From: Octopus vulgaris
Lineage: Eukaryota
DNA length: 64,000 nt
NCBI GenBank assembly: GCA_951406725.2
Contig: OX597814.1
Location: 85,622,001-85,686,000 of the forward strand
Direction of reading: 5' to 3'
The stretch's first letter is position 1. The number at the start of each line of letters is the position of its first letter. Under the pieces are notes generated by a model. That model was not told the origin of the DNA, did not search any database, and was given only the letters and a program-made list of their open reading frames with translations. Of this stretch, positions 40,141 to 56,611 are shown one piece after another. A program made the position numbers and the translations under genes.

Positions 40141-41310
40141 ATCACCAACTAATAGCATTATGTTATCTAGTCATGTGAGAATTGGTTCTTGTTGTTCTTC
40201 TTTAACCATGGGTTAGCTTCTGATCATGCGGGTCCCTGACCAAAGTCATTCTATATTTGATCATCTGAGCTTCTTTTGAGATATTGTTCGATATAACTAA
40301 ATTATTAAATGCGTTCTTCCCTTAGGAGCTGGTTGCCTTGCTTAACCCCTAGTTGAGAAGACCGATGGGCGTTTTCAGCGACGACCATCCCTTCTTTGAA
40401 TATATCCAGAATTACATTTACCTATGCACATTTTATGATTTTAAAGACGGTAGTATAATTTGAAAGAGTTTTTGATGTTATTTCTGGCAGGAGGGATTAC
40501 TGCATAGATTCTTCATCGGGTGGCACGTAAGGAATTGGCTGAGAGACAAAGCAGAAAAGAAATTGTGGTTAAAGAAAGAAAGAAAGAAAGAAAGAAAGAA
40601 AAAAAGGAAAGAAAGAAGGAAGGAAGGAAGGGAAGAAAGAGTATAAATGATTGAAAAAATTAGATTAGATTACAGAATTTCCTTTCACAACTTGAGAATG
40701 AGAAACTATTATTTATGCTGATATCAGCAAATCTATGCTTATAGAGACAGCCAACAGGGAAATTCTCTCTTTCTCTTTATTTCTTCTATGTACATTACAA
40801 ACTTCCATGATTAACTGGTATCCATTTGTGTTGTCGTTATTGTTGTTGTTGGCGGTGGTGGTGATGGTCGTCGTCGTCGTCGTGGAGATGATATTGGTGG
40901 TAATATTGGTGTTGTTGTTGGTGGTGGTGGTGGTGCCCTTCTATTTATTACTGTTGTCGTCGCTACTACCGCTGGTTGTGTTGATCTGCCTTTCTCTCAC
41001 TTAAGAATGACATAGATGCTGCAATATTTCGTTTACTCCTGTTCATATAAATCTGGTATATAAATGCGATTCACTCATAATGTATTATAATGTGGTTTTG
41101 CCACAATATACTACACAATAGGTCTATAGATTTCAACCAACAGTTTAATCTTAATTAAATACACTGGACAGTCATAAGTAACTCGTATTAATACAGTTGG
41201 TGGACAAAAACATAAGATCTGCAAAGCCGAAGATTTCATCAGCAATTGAGTGACGCCTATAATCATAACTATCCACGCATTCCTAGAAACTATTATTACG
41301 GGTTTTATTA

Positions 41311-41980
<670 letters not shown>

Positions 41981-42719
41981 ATTATTTCTATTGTTTATAA
42001 GGTGGTGAACTGGCAGCATCGTCAGATCATATACTAGACAATGCTTTGTGGCTATAACATTGGATGTTGTGTGCTGGATGCAGTTTAAAGGGTTCGGGGG
42101 CAGATCTGCTTTTACCTGGCCAATTACTCTTTCAAGTACTGACTTTCGAAGAGTAGGGAGAGGGAAACAGTACCCTCAAAAGGGTTTTACGAAAATTGAG
42201 TCAAAGTGAAGAAATTGGCAAGACAAAAGTGGCTTTCACTAATTATACAATTGTCACCAGGAGGTCAGAAACTCGGAGAAGCCACTTTTGAGATCTTTGA
42301 TACGGTAGAGTAAACCGGGACTTTATGTAGGATTTTTACTCCGAATCATTCCAGATGGTTTCCTCCGTATTGAGGAACTTTTGTTTTCGTCGAGATTTGC
42401 CTTCTTTTAACTCGATCTAAACTACATACTGTGCTGTGTTTTTCTTCCTTCTTCTGTCCCCAACGTTTGTATTTTTTTATGGTCAATTTAAGAAAACATT
42501 ACTTTTAATATTATTCTTATAATCAAGGTGATGCGCTGGCTGAATTGTTACAACGCAGGACAAAGTGCTTCGTGACATGTATTTTAGCTTTACGTTCTGA
42601 GTTCAAATGTTGTCGAGGTCGAAAATATGTACCAATTGAACGCCGGGATTGATGTATTAATTAAGCTCCTCCCACAAAATTTCAGGCTTTATGCGTATTG
42701 TAGAAACAATTGTTGTTGT

Positions 42720-42959
42720 TGTTTTACTCCTCGGAGCGTTCGGTCTTGTTTGCTCTGGTAGATTCTGTGAGAGCAGACAGCAGCCTACTGTCAAATGTCT
42801 CACAGGGTCTCTTTCCGTACATTATAAGCATTGATAATTGGTTGTTAATTATCGTAGGAGACATTCAACATCCAAGTACCAATCTCAAAATCCTAGGTGT
42901 CCCCAGCAGAATAGTTTTTGGGGCTTGCTCTGCTTTCATGTCAATTCTGATTTTTCTGA

Positions 42960-42960
<1 letters not shown>
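42720..42960 (-). mobile_element. R4-like LINE extreme 3' end
   Basis: Minus KTILLGTPRILRLVLGC* plus 3' UTR, between (ATT)n and (GTT)n. Confidence 0.65.
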
Positions 42961-43028
<68 letters not shown>

Positions 43029-43572
43029 GAGTGAGAGAGCAGCGCATGTCATCAAAGTGACATTGGGATACAAATATACAAAGCCCAATATACACATCAT
43101 GACTACCCGGCTGATAAGGGTACACCAGGCACATGCATGACAACCTTATGTGCGCGACATAGTGATCTTATATCAAGATAAACAGTACATGACCTTGCAG
43201 GTGGGGCCCAGGTAAAATTTTCTTCAGGTTGAGTAGCCCGTCCCACTCATAAGGTCACTGAATAAGGTCTGTTTTAAGGATGATGAACAAAAAACTCATG
43301 TTTCCAGAGGTGAAATTTTCAAACCCCAAAGAATTGCTCTCAGCATATGGCCAAGATGCTCTCCCATTACTTCTGCTCGTGATCAGAGATACACATATCT
43401 ACGGGACATGCTCAACTGGTTAAGGTCAAGAAAATGACAAGCAAATCTGTATTATTGAGTAGAATATTTGTTGTGTCCCATCTTTTATACCAAGACAAAG
43501 CAATGTAAATGTAACACTTCCAATCATTTAAGATCAAAAGCCATGAGAGCCACTGCTTGGCACTGCGTTAGT
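43029..43572 (-). mobile_element. Unclassified interspersed retroposon 3' segment flanked by (AAT)n
   Basis: 3' end CCCAATGTCACTTTGATGACATGCGCTGCTCTCTCACTC-(AAT)n; partial copies at 57460-57548 (+) and 10640-10705 (+). Confidence 0.65.
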
Positions 43573-43772
<200 letters not shown>

Positions 43773-43791
43773 CATCATTATTATTATTATT

Positions 43792-44953
43792 CTATGTTTG
43801 ACTTTTGCTTTATATTTGTACAAGTTGGCTCCAAGTCTCACCCAGAGACCTCAAGAGACAACAGCCTGGAAGTTCATGTTGTTGTTATGCCTAGGGTGCC
43901 ACATATTTGTTTTTTTTGGGGGTGTTGTACTAGTGAATGTCTAAAAAGACAACGAAAATTATGTTTGTTTTAAAACTTGAGATTACATAGAAAGTATTTT
44001 GCGTAGGATATGAGCAGTTCCCATGAGCACTATCTTTTGAATTTCTGCCATTTTGGGGTTTCCTGGTATCTGAGTTAGGTAGCAATCAGCCCCTTTTGCT
44101 ATCATTCCCAGGGCACCTATGACAACAGGTATTGTTTTAGTCTTCAGCTTCCACATTTTGCTGATTTCTATTTCAAGATCTTTATATTTGCTCAGTTTTT
44201 GGTAGGTCTTGACAGATACGTTTATATCAATTGGGACAGTCATATCAATGAGGAGGCATGTTCATTGTCTGAAGTCTTTCAATATGATGTCTGGCCTATT
44301 TGCATCTATCTTTCTGTCAGTTTGAATGGTGAAGTTCCAGAGGAGTGAGATATGGTCATTTTCAAGCACTGGAGGTGGATTGTGTTCCCACCAGTTTTTT
44401 TCATGGGGCAAATCCAGGTTTTTGCAAATTACCCAGTGAATATATTGTGCAGCTCTATCATGCCTGTTGAGGTACTCTGTAGGCGCTAGAAGACTGCATT
44501 TGGAGACAACATGATTAATGGTTTCATTTTGTTGTTGACATACACGACATGTTGGGCTACTGCCGTTCTTTAATATGTTGGCCTGGTAGTTTCTTGTTGG
44601 TAGGCATTGATCTTGAGCTGCTATGGTAACCCCTTCTGTTTCAGATTTTAAGCCAGAGGCCATTAGCCATTGATGGGTAAGGGTTTTGTCAACATCTGCA
44701 TTATTCGCTCTCTTTAGGTATTTGCCACAGAGAGGTTTTTCTTGCCATTTATCAATCAGAATATCTAACGTCGCAGTTTTAGCACGGATTTTCATGCGCT
44801 TAGCTTTTTCTGTGCTTGTTTCTTGTATGTTTAATGCCGAAATTTGTTGTATTCGGAATTCACTTAGATATTCCTTTGCCTGTTTTGTTACTGAGTATGA
44901 TGCTTTCTTGTTTTCATGTTTTGAGACAAGTTTTAACATCAAATCCTGAGAGT
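43792..44953 (-). pseudogene. R4/Dong-like LINE 3' part (CCHC finger and RLE endonuclease)
   Basis: GLKSETEG..AAQDQCL..CRVCQQQNETINHVVSKC..RHD..ANRPDIIL; KLSKYKDLEIEISKMW; (AAT)n on both flanks. Confidence 0.92.
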
Positions 44954-44989
44954 TTATTATTATTGTTGTTGTTGTTGTTGTTGTTGTTA

Positions 44990-46162
<1,173 letters not shown>

Positions 46163-46176
46163 TTATTATTATTATG

Positions 46177-46286
<110 letters not shown>

Positions 46287-47089
46287 CGTTGTCGTTGTTG
46301 TTGTTGTTGTTGTCCAGGATCAATCGTGGACCTTAAGAGCTGTCAGATTCCCACAGCCCTGTGGCAGTCGAGCACTGCGGTTGGTGAATGTTCTACCATG
46401 GCGTTGTAGAGTGGATCAATGGTGGGAAAGGGAGACGACGTTCTCTGGGAATCCCTAGGTGTCAATGGAAATCAACTGGCTGATCTTTAACCGGAGGACT
46501 TTTGGCTGGGAGCCCATAAATAATTCCCTGATCTAGCGGTGCTAGAAACAGTACAACCAGATAGTCTTTGTAGGAAAAACAGAAGTGTAATAGCAGAGAA
46601 CAAAAAATACGACACAGTAACTACGTGAATGGCTCTAAGTGAAGAAAGGCTAAGAGCAAACATCTGGGTTTGCGAGTTGCTTTCATAAGGGTAACGTTGG
46701 ATTTTTCCAGTTGTTCAAATTCCAGTAGTTCAAATTCAAGCAATTTTAAGACGTACGCACAGAAATTACTGTTACAATCAAAGACGCTCATTTACTGATC
46801 TTTACTATAAAGGGAGCTCATACTACGATTTACTACATACTCCCCAAGCATAGGTGGAACCATTTAACAAAAACTCAAAAAAAGTATACTTCATAAATAC
46901 ATGGTTTGAAATATTGCAAAATACAGAAAAGAAAATCACATAAGATTTCAAATATAGTAAATGTCTGTTAGCTTTTTGAGCCAATGTACATGTCTATCGC
47001 TTCTGGTAGTCGTGGTATGTGAAAGCGGACGTGAAGGCAATGTTTAAAAATCTGTGTGTTGTCAGTAGTGGGGGTGGAAATAGTTTTAT

Positions 47090-47260
47090 CTGTGAAAGTT
47101 TTTTTCAGGCTGTTGACAGAAACATTGTCTTTACGACCGTTTAGGTACAACATGAAAAATTTATTTGTGCGTGAAAGGATACGGAAAGGTCCTGCATACG
47201 GTGCTGTTAATTTAGGATGAGTAAATTTATATATGAATCTGAATTCATATCGGTACCTAA
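47090..47260 (-). pseudogene. Ty3/Gypsy integrase C-terminal (GPY/F) fragment
   Basis: PKLTAPYAGPFRILSRTNKFFMLYLNGRKDNVSVNSLKK. Confidence 0.75.
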
Positions 47261-47400
47261 GAGTACATACAAAAAGAATCTGTCTCGTGAAACTTTTGGT
47301 ACCGACGTGAACTCCGACCGCACACGCACACACACACACACACATACACACACACACACACACGCACACACACACACACGTACACACACTCATACACACT

Positions 47401-47447
<47 letters not shown>

Positions 47448-48033
47448 TCTACGTATGCAGCCGTGCACTTTCATGTGATGTAACGGCTATACTTGACACG
47501 CATTAGCTTCGCACAGTTGTATTAAAAACTCGGCTTTATGTTGTTCCTCTTCTTGTCTGAGTCTCTTATTGAGATGATTTTATGATTCCTCTAGCCTTCC
47601 TGTTTTTTTCTTCTCTTTTCCTCTTTGCTTTTCAATTTTTACCTATTTTTTTTTCTGCACTCCCTCTCCGCGTTTTTTATATTTACTTTTTTTTCTTTTT
47701 GGAAGATTCCTTACAATGGATGTAAGCGACTATGGATTTATCAGGTAGAGATATCGAATAGAGATAGGTAGAATGCAATTATCAAGGACTTCTCAAAGTC
47801 ACCCTCCACCATACACAACTGCCTCACATTCTTACTCCCCACCACCGCTGCTGCCGTTGTCGTCACCACCACCACCATCACCACCACCACCATCACCACT
47901 ACCACCTCCACCACTGAATTCACCCACAGTTCTACTGCCACACTGCCTTGTTCTCTTACACGTAATTTCATCGAGATACAAACCTTTCACACACGCGCGC
48001 GCGCACATATGCACGCATATATGTATATATAAG

Positions 48034-48108
<75 letters not shown>

Positions 48109-48353
48109 TTATATATATATATATATATGCATATATCATATACACATATATATAATGTGCGATTGTAATAACAAAATAGTCGGAGTCGGGAACCTTCGAT
48201 TTTAGAGACCATCAGTCTCCTCAAAATACTTTACTCCACAAAATACCTATCACACTATACTAAAACACATGATACAACAACAACACAACCGCCGCCATTT
48301 TACATAATGCAACTCTACACTTTTACTCTTTTACTATTATAAATATACATACA

Positions 48354-48442
<89 letters not shown>

Positions 48443-48835
48443 CACAGAACAGTACAAGCACACCACATTGCAGCCGCACTTCCATCATACCATACCACAG
48501 AACAGCACCGTCACACCACACCACCAAACCGAAGTGGCAGAACGTGTGAAAATAGTTGCATTGTGGGTTACCGACGTAAAACAGTCCTAAGAACGGGTTG
48601 ATCAGAAAAAAGCTTGCACGTGTCTCACACCTTTAGAGTGATTTCCTTGCCATCGGGCCACATAGTGTGCAATAATTGTTAACAAAAATAGAAGAAAGAG
48701 AAGAAATAATAATAATAAAAAAGATGAGAAGAGAAGACGGAAAGAAAGAAAGACGAAGGTGCCAATTAAAAGATAATGCGTGGATGGATGTAGGCTGGCG
48801 ATAGTGGGCGGTCTTAGAGTATTTCAGTTACTTTT

Positions 48836-48896
<61 letters not shown>

Positions 48897-50764
48897 TTAA
48901 TAAGCTTGTATATACATGCATTTTTTGTATATGTATACGTATGTATATGCATGCATCTATACACACATATATGTATATATAATATATATACATACTTACA
49001 GGCATATATATATATGTACATATATTATATATACGTGCACACACATAGACACATCTATATATCTATATGTGTGTGTGTGCGTGTTTGTGTTTGTGCACGT
49101 GTATTTATATAATATATATATGCGTGTGTGTGTGTATATATATACATACGTATACGTATGCCTAAATGCATGTATATGAATAAAGATAAGCATGTATATA
49201 TATATATATATATGTATATACACACACACATACATATATATTTTGGGACGCATATGTATATGTGCATATATGAATGTGTGTCTGTATACGTCTGCGTACA
49301 TGTGTGTATGTGTATGTTTTTGTTCGGGTACATGTGTGTGTTTGTATGTGTTTGTGTGTGTATGTGTGTGTCCGTATGCGTGTGTGTATTTTCGTATATA
49401 TATTAGTGCATGTGCGTGTGTTATTGAATCTATGTGTATTTTTAATAATGTGCATGTGCACTTTATTATACACACTATAATGTGTACATGTAATTCGTTC
49501 TGCATGCGTGAATGTGTATGCATGTATTCTGGGTGCGTATGGTTCTGGTTGTATGTATATATCAGCGAATGTACATTCTTCATGATCCTCTCAGGCCCTC
49601 CGAGCTTGGTGACATCGGTGGTACGGTTGATGTGCATCTGTACGTTGACGTTTGCGGGTATAATACAAGCAGGAGGGAAAAATCGAGAAATTTGACACGC
49701 TTGGGAGTAAAGATCGGGTGAATTGATAAGTGTGAGGCCTGAAGTAGAGAGATACACAATAAGAGTAATGATAGGAGGAGAGACAGATGTGTTGTGTGAG
49801 ATTGAGTTGAGGTGATATGTCGCCTAACCAGTTCAGAGGAACAGAAGCCGTTGTTGTAGCGAGAGTATAGACAGGGAGAGGAGACAGCCAGTGTATGGGA
49901 CAGGAGGTGTTAGTGAATCTTCACTAATCAGGTCTTTATTTAGATGCAATCTAGGATCTTGGCTTGTACACAATAACAGTACCATCACAGATATGAGAGT
50001 CATATTAATACATAATGTGAGTCTTAACTCAGTTTTGTAGAGAATCAGTAGTCGATCGAAGCTGAACTGGAGTCTTTGGGTTATAGTCTTAGCTATGTTA
50101 TGTTTGAATTATTTCTAGGAGACTATATTAGGGGTTCTGAGGACTGCCATATGTGTCTTAATTTTATGTGTTATTGAAGAGAAAAAGTATTTCTTTGATA
50201 TGTACAGTAGTTGCTCTATTACACATTTGAAAGCTACAGAATTTTATTGTCTCCAAGATATTTTCATATTTTTTTGTTTATAGAGGGTAGTACAGCGTTG
50301 ATGTGAACGTCATCTGTCTGCAGAAGATTAAGGTGAAGTAATGAGTGATATCATTTGTATAGGAGAGTGTATTGTTAGTGGTGACAGTAAGTAAATAGAT
50401 TGTTAATGTACAAGAGGAGGAGTGTGAAAGCCTTAAACAAACTTTTGTTCACACCAGAACTGATTACCATTCAGAAAGAGTCCCATCAGAGCACACTGCA
50501 ACGACGCAATCTGACGATGAAAGATATTTGAAGCCAATTGAGGATATTCTCAAGCCAAACACGGTGGAAAGCTTGGTTGGCTTTAAATCCAATGACATTG
50601 CGTTTTTCTCAATTTTTCAATGGCGCGGAATAACTGACATATAACAGCAGCTCCCAAGTAACCTTTACAAATGCCGTACAGTTGATTGGTAATGACGAAG
50701 AGATACTTAAGGTATTGCAAGAAGTATTTTTACTCCATTTTCATTATCTCTGAAACACAGAGGG

Positions 50765-50848
<84 letters not shown>

Positions 50849-50850
<2 letters not shown>

Positions 50851-50960
50851 AAGCAATAGGTCGATAATTAGCAAGGTTACCATCTCTTTGAATAAGGCAC
50901 ACTGTTTCCAAAGATTGGAGTGGATAGATGCCGATAGTTAAAGAAAGATTGGAGAGTTTC
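50849..50960 (-). pseudogene. LINE RT N-terminal relic
   Basis: GIYP..RDGNLANYRPIA motif. Confidence 0.45.
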
Positions 50961-51845
50961 ACGAGGATATCAAATATTTCTTAGCGTACAGTTTGAAACT
51001 AATAGATGCAGGGTCGGTGAACTGCCTCTTCTTTTCTTTTGCTTTTGTCTCGGCAAGGGACCAATTTCTTGCCGAACAACCTGTACAGGTGAGTTTTTTT
51101 ATAGTACTCAAACAGACATTGCCCCTAAAAGTGCATGGCGTGCCAAATGTCAGACGTCGAAGGGATCGCAGAAATGAAGAGCTTTTGTTCACGAAACAAC
51201 GCACCACCTGGTCCGGGAATCGAAACTACGATTTTGCGTTCGTGGGTGCAACACCTTCACAAACATACATGTTCTTCTTTCCATAATCTCTCTAATACTT
51301 CATCACACCTTTCTCTCCATAACAAACACACAAATATACTTCTCTCTCACACAATCTAGTATGTCTTCTCGTCAGTACTAATCCACACAATGTATTTATT
51401 GTTTCGTTTTGTCTCAAATAATTACGTCTGCTTTGTCTTAACTCATTTTTGTACAAATGTATTGCAAATGCATAGAAGTCGATCACGTGATAACGTGGCT
51501 ACAGAAAGATTGAAAATATATCTTAGCAGACGATAAGGTAGCAAGCAATGAAATATTTCCTACGAACTATCAATTAACTATAGTAGTAGTTGAGGTGGGA
51601 AGGAAGCATTGATTTGAACAGTAAACATCGTAGGCATTTCTTTTATTCTGAATAACATAACTGTTCTTGTTTTTATTTTATTTTCAAACGTCATCGTCTC
51701 TTCCTTCTCTTCATCCTCCTTCTTCATCCACCTTCTTCCCCTTCTTCCTTTTCTTCTTCCACCTCCTCCACTCCCATCTCCCTTCTTCTATCTCCTCCCC
51801 CTCCTCTTCCAACTCCTCCACTTCCTCTTTCGTCTTTTTCTTCCT

Positions 51846-51891
<46 letters not shown>

Positions 51892-52168
51892 GAACGACGA
51901 CTGCGACGACAAACGATTTTTTACTATGAGCACAAGGTTGCGAGGAAGGGTGCAAGGGTATTTCGATTAAGTCGAACTGTACTCTACTGGTACTTTAATT
52001 TTTCCGCCTTCGAAAAAATTGAAAATATCATTCAACTGGGTGTCATTTAAACTCGCGATTTGACTCTATGGAGTCATGTGACTCAAGAGACAAATAAACG
52101 CTGGTTCATATCTAATATCATTTATACTTTTAGTACAGATGTCTATAATAAAGATACATTCACAAGAA

Positions 52169-52201
<33 letters not shown>

Positions 52202-52639
52202 TGTATATAAGTACATGTGTATATACACATAAATCGAAGTGTACTGTATTATATATGCTTTACGACCGATCTTGCCAATCGCTTTCGCACTGAAGGTTCA
52301 CCGAGATGTTAAGTAACAAATAGATTATGTGATCTTGTGTTCTTCAGAGTTGGCAGTTATGGAAGAAAATATGGTGACTGCTCTCTAATGTAGTTGCAGA
52401 CTTATCAAGTTTGTGAATGTTGTGGAAAAAGACGAACGAACTGAGCAGGGTTAGATTTTCTTTCACAACTAACAACTCTGAAAAGCGCAGGCTTACATAA
52501 TCGAGTTGTTATCTAATATCCCGTTGAATACCCAGTGCGAAACCGATTGCTAAACTCAGCCGTAATGGATTTACAACACTGTGCACTTCATATATATATA
52601 TATATGAAGTATGTATGTATATGTGTATACTATCTTTTA

Positions 52640-52985
52640 CCTTTTATGTTTTTGTTGGTTCAGTCATTAGACTGCGATCATGCTGAAGGGCACTGCCTTC
52701 TACAATTTTGGTCAAACGAATCAAATTATTTTATCGATCTCCTATCCGGAACTGCTACATGACGGGGACGTAAACATACCAAGCGGTGTTGAGCGGTGGC
52801 AGGAGCAACCATAGACACAAAGACACACACACAAACACACACGCACGCACACGCGCGCGCATATATGTATATATATATATATATATATACTCGCACATAC
52901 ACGCACTTTTTTCAATTGGTTGGCCCGATGCGATAGTAGATATCACTTGCCTAAGGTGCCTTTCAGTGAAGCCAGAACGATGTGG
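52640..52985 (-). mobile_element. Diverged SINE family B with internal CA/TA repeat
   Basis: TCAGTCATTAGACTGCG..GACGGGGACGTAAAC..CACTTGCCTAAGGTGCC. Confidence 0.7.
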
Positions 52986-53015
52986 TTGTGAAGCAAGTTT
53001 CTTACCACATAGCCA

Positions 53016-53115
<100 letters not shown>

Positions 53116-53169
53116 TGTGTGTGTGTGTGTGTGTGCGTGTGTGTGTGTGTGTATTCATATATAAAATAC

Positions 53170-53625
53170 ATCAAATACAGGACATCACCAACGAGTGAAA
53201 AATACGTAAACACATAATGAGAGACAAGTACGGAACAAAATACCAAAAGAAGTCTAACCCCTCCTCAGTTGTCGACTGTTAATTACTCCCTGTTTCGAAC
53301 TTTCAACGAGAATATAGGAAAACTCCATAAAACAGCAGCAACCAGAAATGTTTAAAATATAAAATTTCCGGAGAGTTAGAGCTTTGAATGAACAAACATT
53401 GACAGAGTGGACGTACAGAGTAAACAATCGACGAAGACAAACATTACGGGCAGTTAGGGTAAGACGCATTGTAATGGGTAACGTCTGGAAGAAAATTTTG
53501 AAAGGATATAGAATAAATACAAGAGAAAAAAGGATAGAAAAAAAAGAGAGAAAAAATCGGGAGGAGAGAAGAAATGACGTCCAGCTAAGTACGCGTCGCG
53601 TCCAGAAAGGACAGAGGTGAAAAAA
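53170..53625 (-). mobile_element. Penelope-pLTR-like non-coding element related to 15660-16045
   Basis: Minus CTGTTTTA..TTCGAAACAGGGAGTAATTAACAGTCGACAACTGAGGAGGGG aligns with CTCGAAATACGAGAGTAGAAAAACAGCCAACAACTGATGAAGGG; flanked by microsatellites. Confidence 0.6.
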
Positions 53626-53641
53626 TGTATGTATGTATGTT

Positions 53642-53682
<41 letters not shown>

Positions 53683-53684
<2 letters not shown>

Positions 53685-53922
53685 CTCTTTAACTCTTTAC
53701 CTTGTTTCAGTCATGTGACTGTGGGCATGCTGGAGCATCGCCTTTAGTCGAGCAAATCGACCACAGGACTTATTCTTTGTAAGCCTAGTACTTATTCTAT
53801 CGGTCTCTTTAGCCGAATCGCTAAGTTACGGGGACATAAACACACCCCCATCGGTTGTCAAGCGATGTTGGGGTGGGGGGGACAAACACAGACACACAAA
53901 CATATACACACACATACATAAT

Positions 53923-53969
<47 letters not shown>

Positions 53970-54122
53970 GACGGGCTTCTTTCAGTTTCCGTCTACCTAA
54001 TCCACTCACAACGTTTTGGTCGGTCCGAGGCTATAGAAGAAGACACTTGCCCAAGGTTCCACGCAGTAGGAATGAACCCGGAACCATGTGGTTGGTAAGC
54101 AAGCTACTCACCACACAGCCAC

Positions 54123-54123
<1 letters not shown>
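53683..54123 (-). mobile_element. Near-complete SINE family B with internal (TA)n, embedded in (TA)n
   Basis: Minus head AGTGGCTGTGTGGTGAGTAGCTTGCTTACCAACCACATGGTTCCGGGTTC; both halves present; (AAAGAGT) tail. Confidence 0.92.
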
Positions 54124-54160
<37 letters not shown>

Positions 54161-54926
54161 TATGCAAACATATTTCTGTATACCTTTAAAGTAAGTACTT
54201 TGGTTCTATGTATATAAATGAATGCATACGCCCTCATACACACAATCGCACGCATACATGGACAGTAAGAACATCAAACTGAAGAGTACATCTGAAGAAA
54301 TTTCAATCGTGCGTAATTCCATATAATGTTCAACAAAAATTCACAAACAAAATTATCAATAGTTTAGGATTCTGTCGTGCGATAAAACTTGAAGAGAAAA
54401 AAGATGAAAGGAAAAATTTTTTTAAAAAATCTAATCCACCCTATACTGCTGCATAACACATATATACATACATATATGTAATTATATTTCATGAATGTAT
54501 TGTTTTAGCAAAGAATTTTAGCTAATACAATAAATCTGTTAAATAAAATTATTCGGTGATCAGTTATCTATATAAGTGACGTTCAGTTCTCTTCAGAGTT
54601 CGCTCTCCCCGATTTTTGACTCAATACATACATATATGCATGCATACATACATACATACATACATACATACATACATACATACATACATACATACATACA
54701 TACATACATACATACGTACAGACAGAGAGACAGACAGACACAGACACACACGTATGTATGAATGTATGTATACACAAACACACACACACACACATATATA
54801 TACATATCCATACACACACGCACGCCTACACACACACACGCACACACACACACACACACATATATATACACGAGTGAGTTGACAACGAAAGAAGGGCGCT
54901 CAAGACATTTATTGGGAGTTACATGT

Positions 54927-55081
54927 ATAGATCGAATCAGTTTCATTCAGACTCCTTCGTACTCTGAGTTTCAAGCGTGTGGCTAGTCTTCAGCCACTAG
55001 GGTTTGAATGAGACCCTAATGGCCGAGGCTTGCTTGAAACTCAAAGTACCAATGAATCTGAATCAAACTTTTTTGATCTAT
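54927..55081. mobile_element. 155-bp palindromic element with hammerhead-like arms
   Basis: Arms GTACTCTGAGTTTCAAGC/GCTTGAAACTCAAAGTAC and CAGCCACTAGGGT/ACCCTAATGGCCG; minus strand TGG-CTGAAGA..GAAACTCAGAGTA. Confidence 0.75.
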
Positions 55082-55092
55082 CTCCCCACCTA

Positions 55093-55156
<64 letters not shown>

Positions 55157-55217
55157 CATATACATGTAAATATACATATACACACACACATATATATATA
55201 TACACATATGTATGTAT

Positions 55218-55296
<79 letters not shown>

Positions 55297-55521
55297 CTAT
55301 ATATATATATACACATATATGTATTATGTAAGTATGTATGTATGTATATATTTAGATATAGAATTTACTTTCATCAAGCTGTATTAATGTGCTTTTCTTA
55401 AAATGATTTTTTGACATAGTAAACAATTTTCAACTTTTTTCTGAATCATTAGATACTTACATATATATATATATATATGGGTGTGTGTGTGTAAATGTAT
55501 CTATAGGTATTTTATGTAAAT

Positions 55522-55557
<36 letters not shown>

Positions 55558-56611
55558 GTATGTATGTGTGTGTGTGTACGTGCATATTTATATATATATA
55601 TACAAATATATACGAATGAGTGTGTATATGTTTATATATGTATACGTAAGTACTTGTATGCGCGCATGCGTTTGATTGTAAATGCGTGTGCACCTGCGGG
55701 TACTTATGTGCGTGTGCATATATATATATATATACGTGTATGCGCACGCATATGCGTGTATGAATACATATATAGATGCGCGTGAACATGCATGTGTATA
55801 TATGCGTGTGTATGTATAGGCGTATGTATATGTCTGTATATATGCGTGTGTGTATAGGTATACATATTCGAAAATATATATGTGAGTGCATGCGTATGTA
55901 TGCCCATTATACCTTCTTTCCTCCTCTTCTATTCTTACCTATCACTAATCTATCACATACGTCTATTTATAGTTATTCCACATCCTTATATTCTTCGCTC
56001 CACCTTAAATTTTACTAGCAAAACTACTACTCACTCCTGTATCACATCACCCATACCTTTTCTCTACCTTTTCTCGACCCATCTCTTAATACAGCTCCGT
56101 CATATATCTCACATTGTTTTACTCCTTACCTTCTTATCTCTTCCTATCCCTCCACTGCACCTCTCCCATCGTCCCATCACATTATCTTGACCACCAACTA
56201 ACACTCCCTTTCTCACTTCTTTCACCCTTTCCTCACTCTTTTTTTCACTGCTTTTTTTCTCCATACCTTTTTCTTTTTTCACTCTTTTTCTGTTTTCTTT
56301 TTTCTCTTTCTTCTTCTCATTTTCTCTTCTTGTTTTAAATTTGACCTATCTCCTATTTCTAATCATACACATCTCTCATCCCTCCGTCTATCTACAAATA
56401 CTACGAATACATTCTCAAATTTCATTCACACCACAAAACCCTTTCGAACGAGCAACACTGATTCTACGGATCCATAATTTGAAATGACTAAACATGAACT
56501 GCTATTGGAACTTACATACCATGCACAGGAAACTTTTTTTACGACATCAATACACCATTTTCCTCGAATAATGGAACTGAAAATACAATATCTTTATATA
56601 TTTTATTCCTA

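Noticed and set aside
47773-47960. Proline-rich ORF resembling formin/extensin
   Set aside because: Degenerate (CCA)n repeat running into (TA)n; no splice or domain support
49560-49760. GC-richer patch as host exon or hammerhead
   Set aside because: No clear donor or recognisable peptide; minus-strand CTGAGAG..GAAG lacks the canonical core
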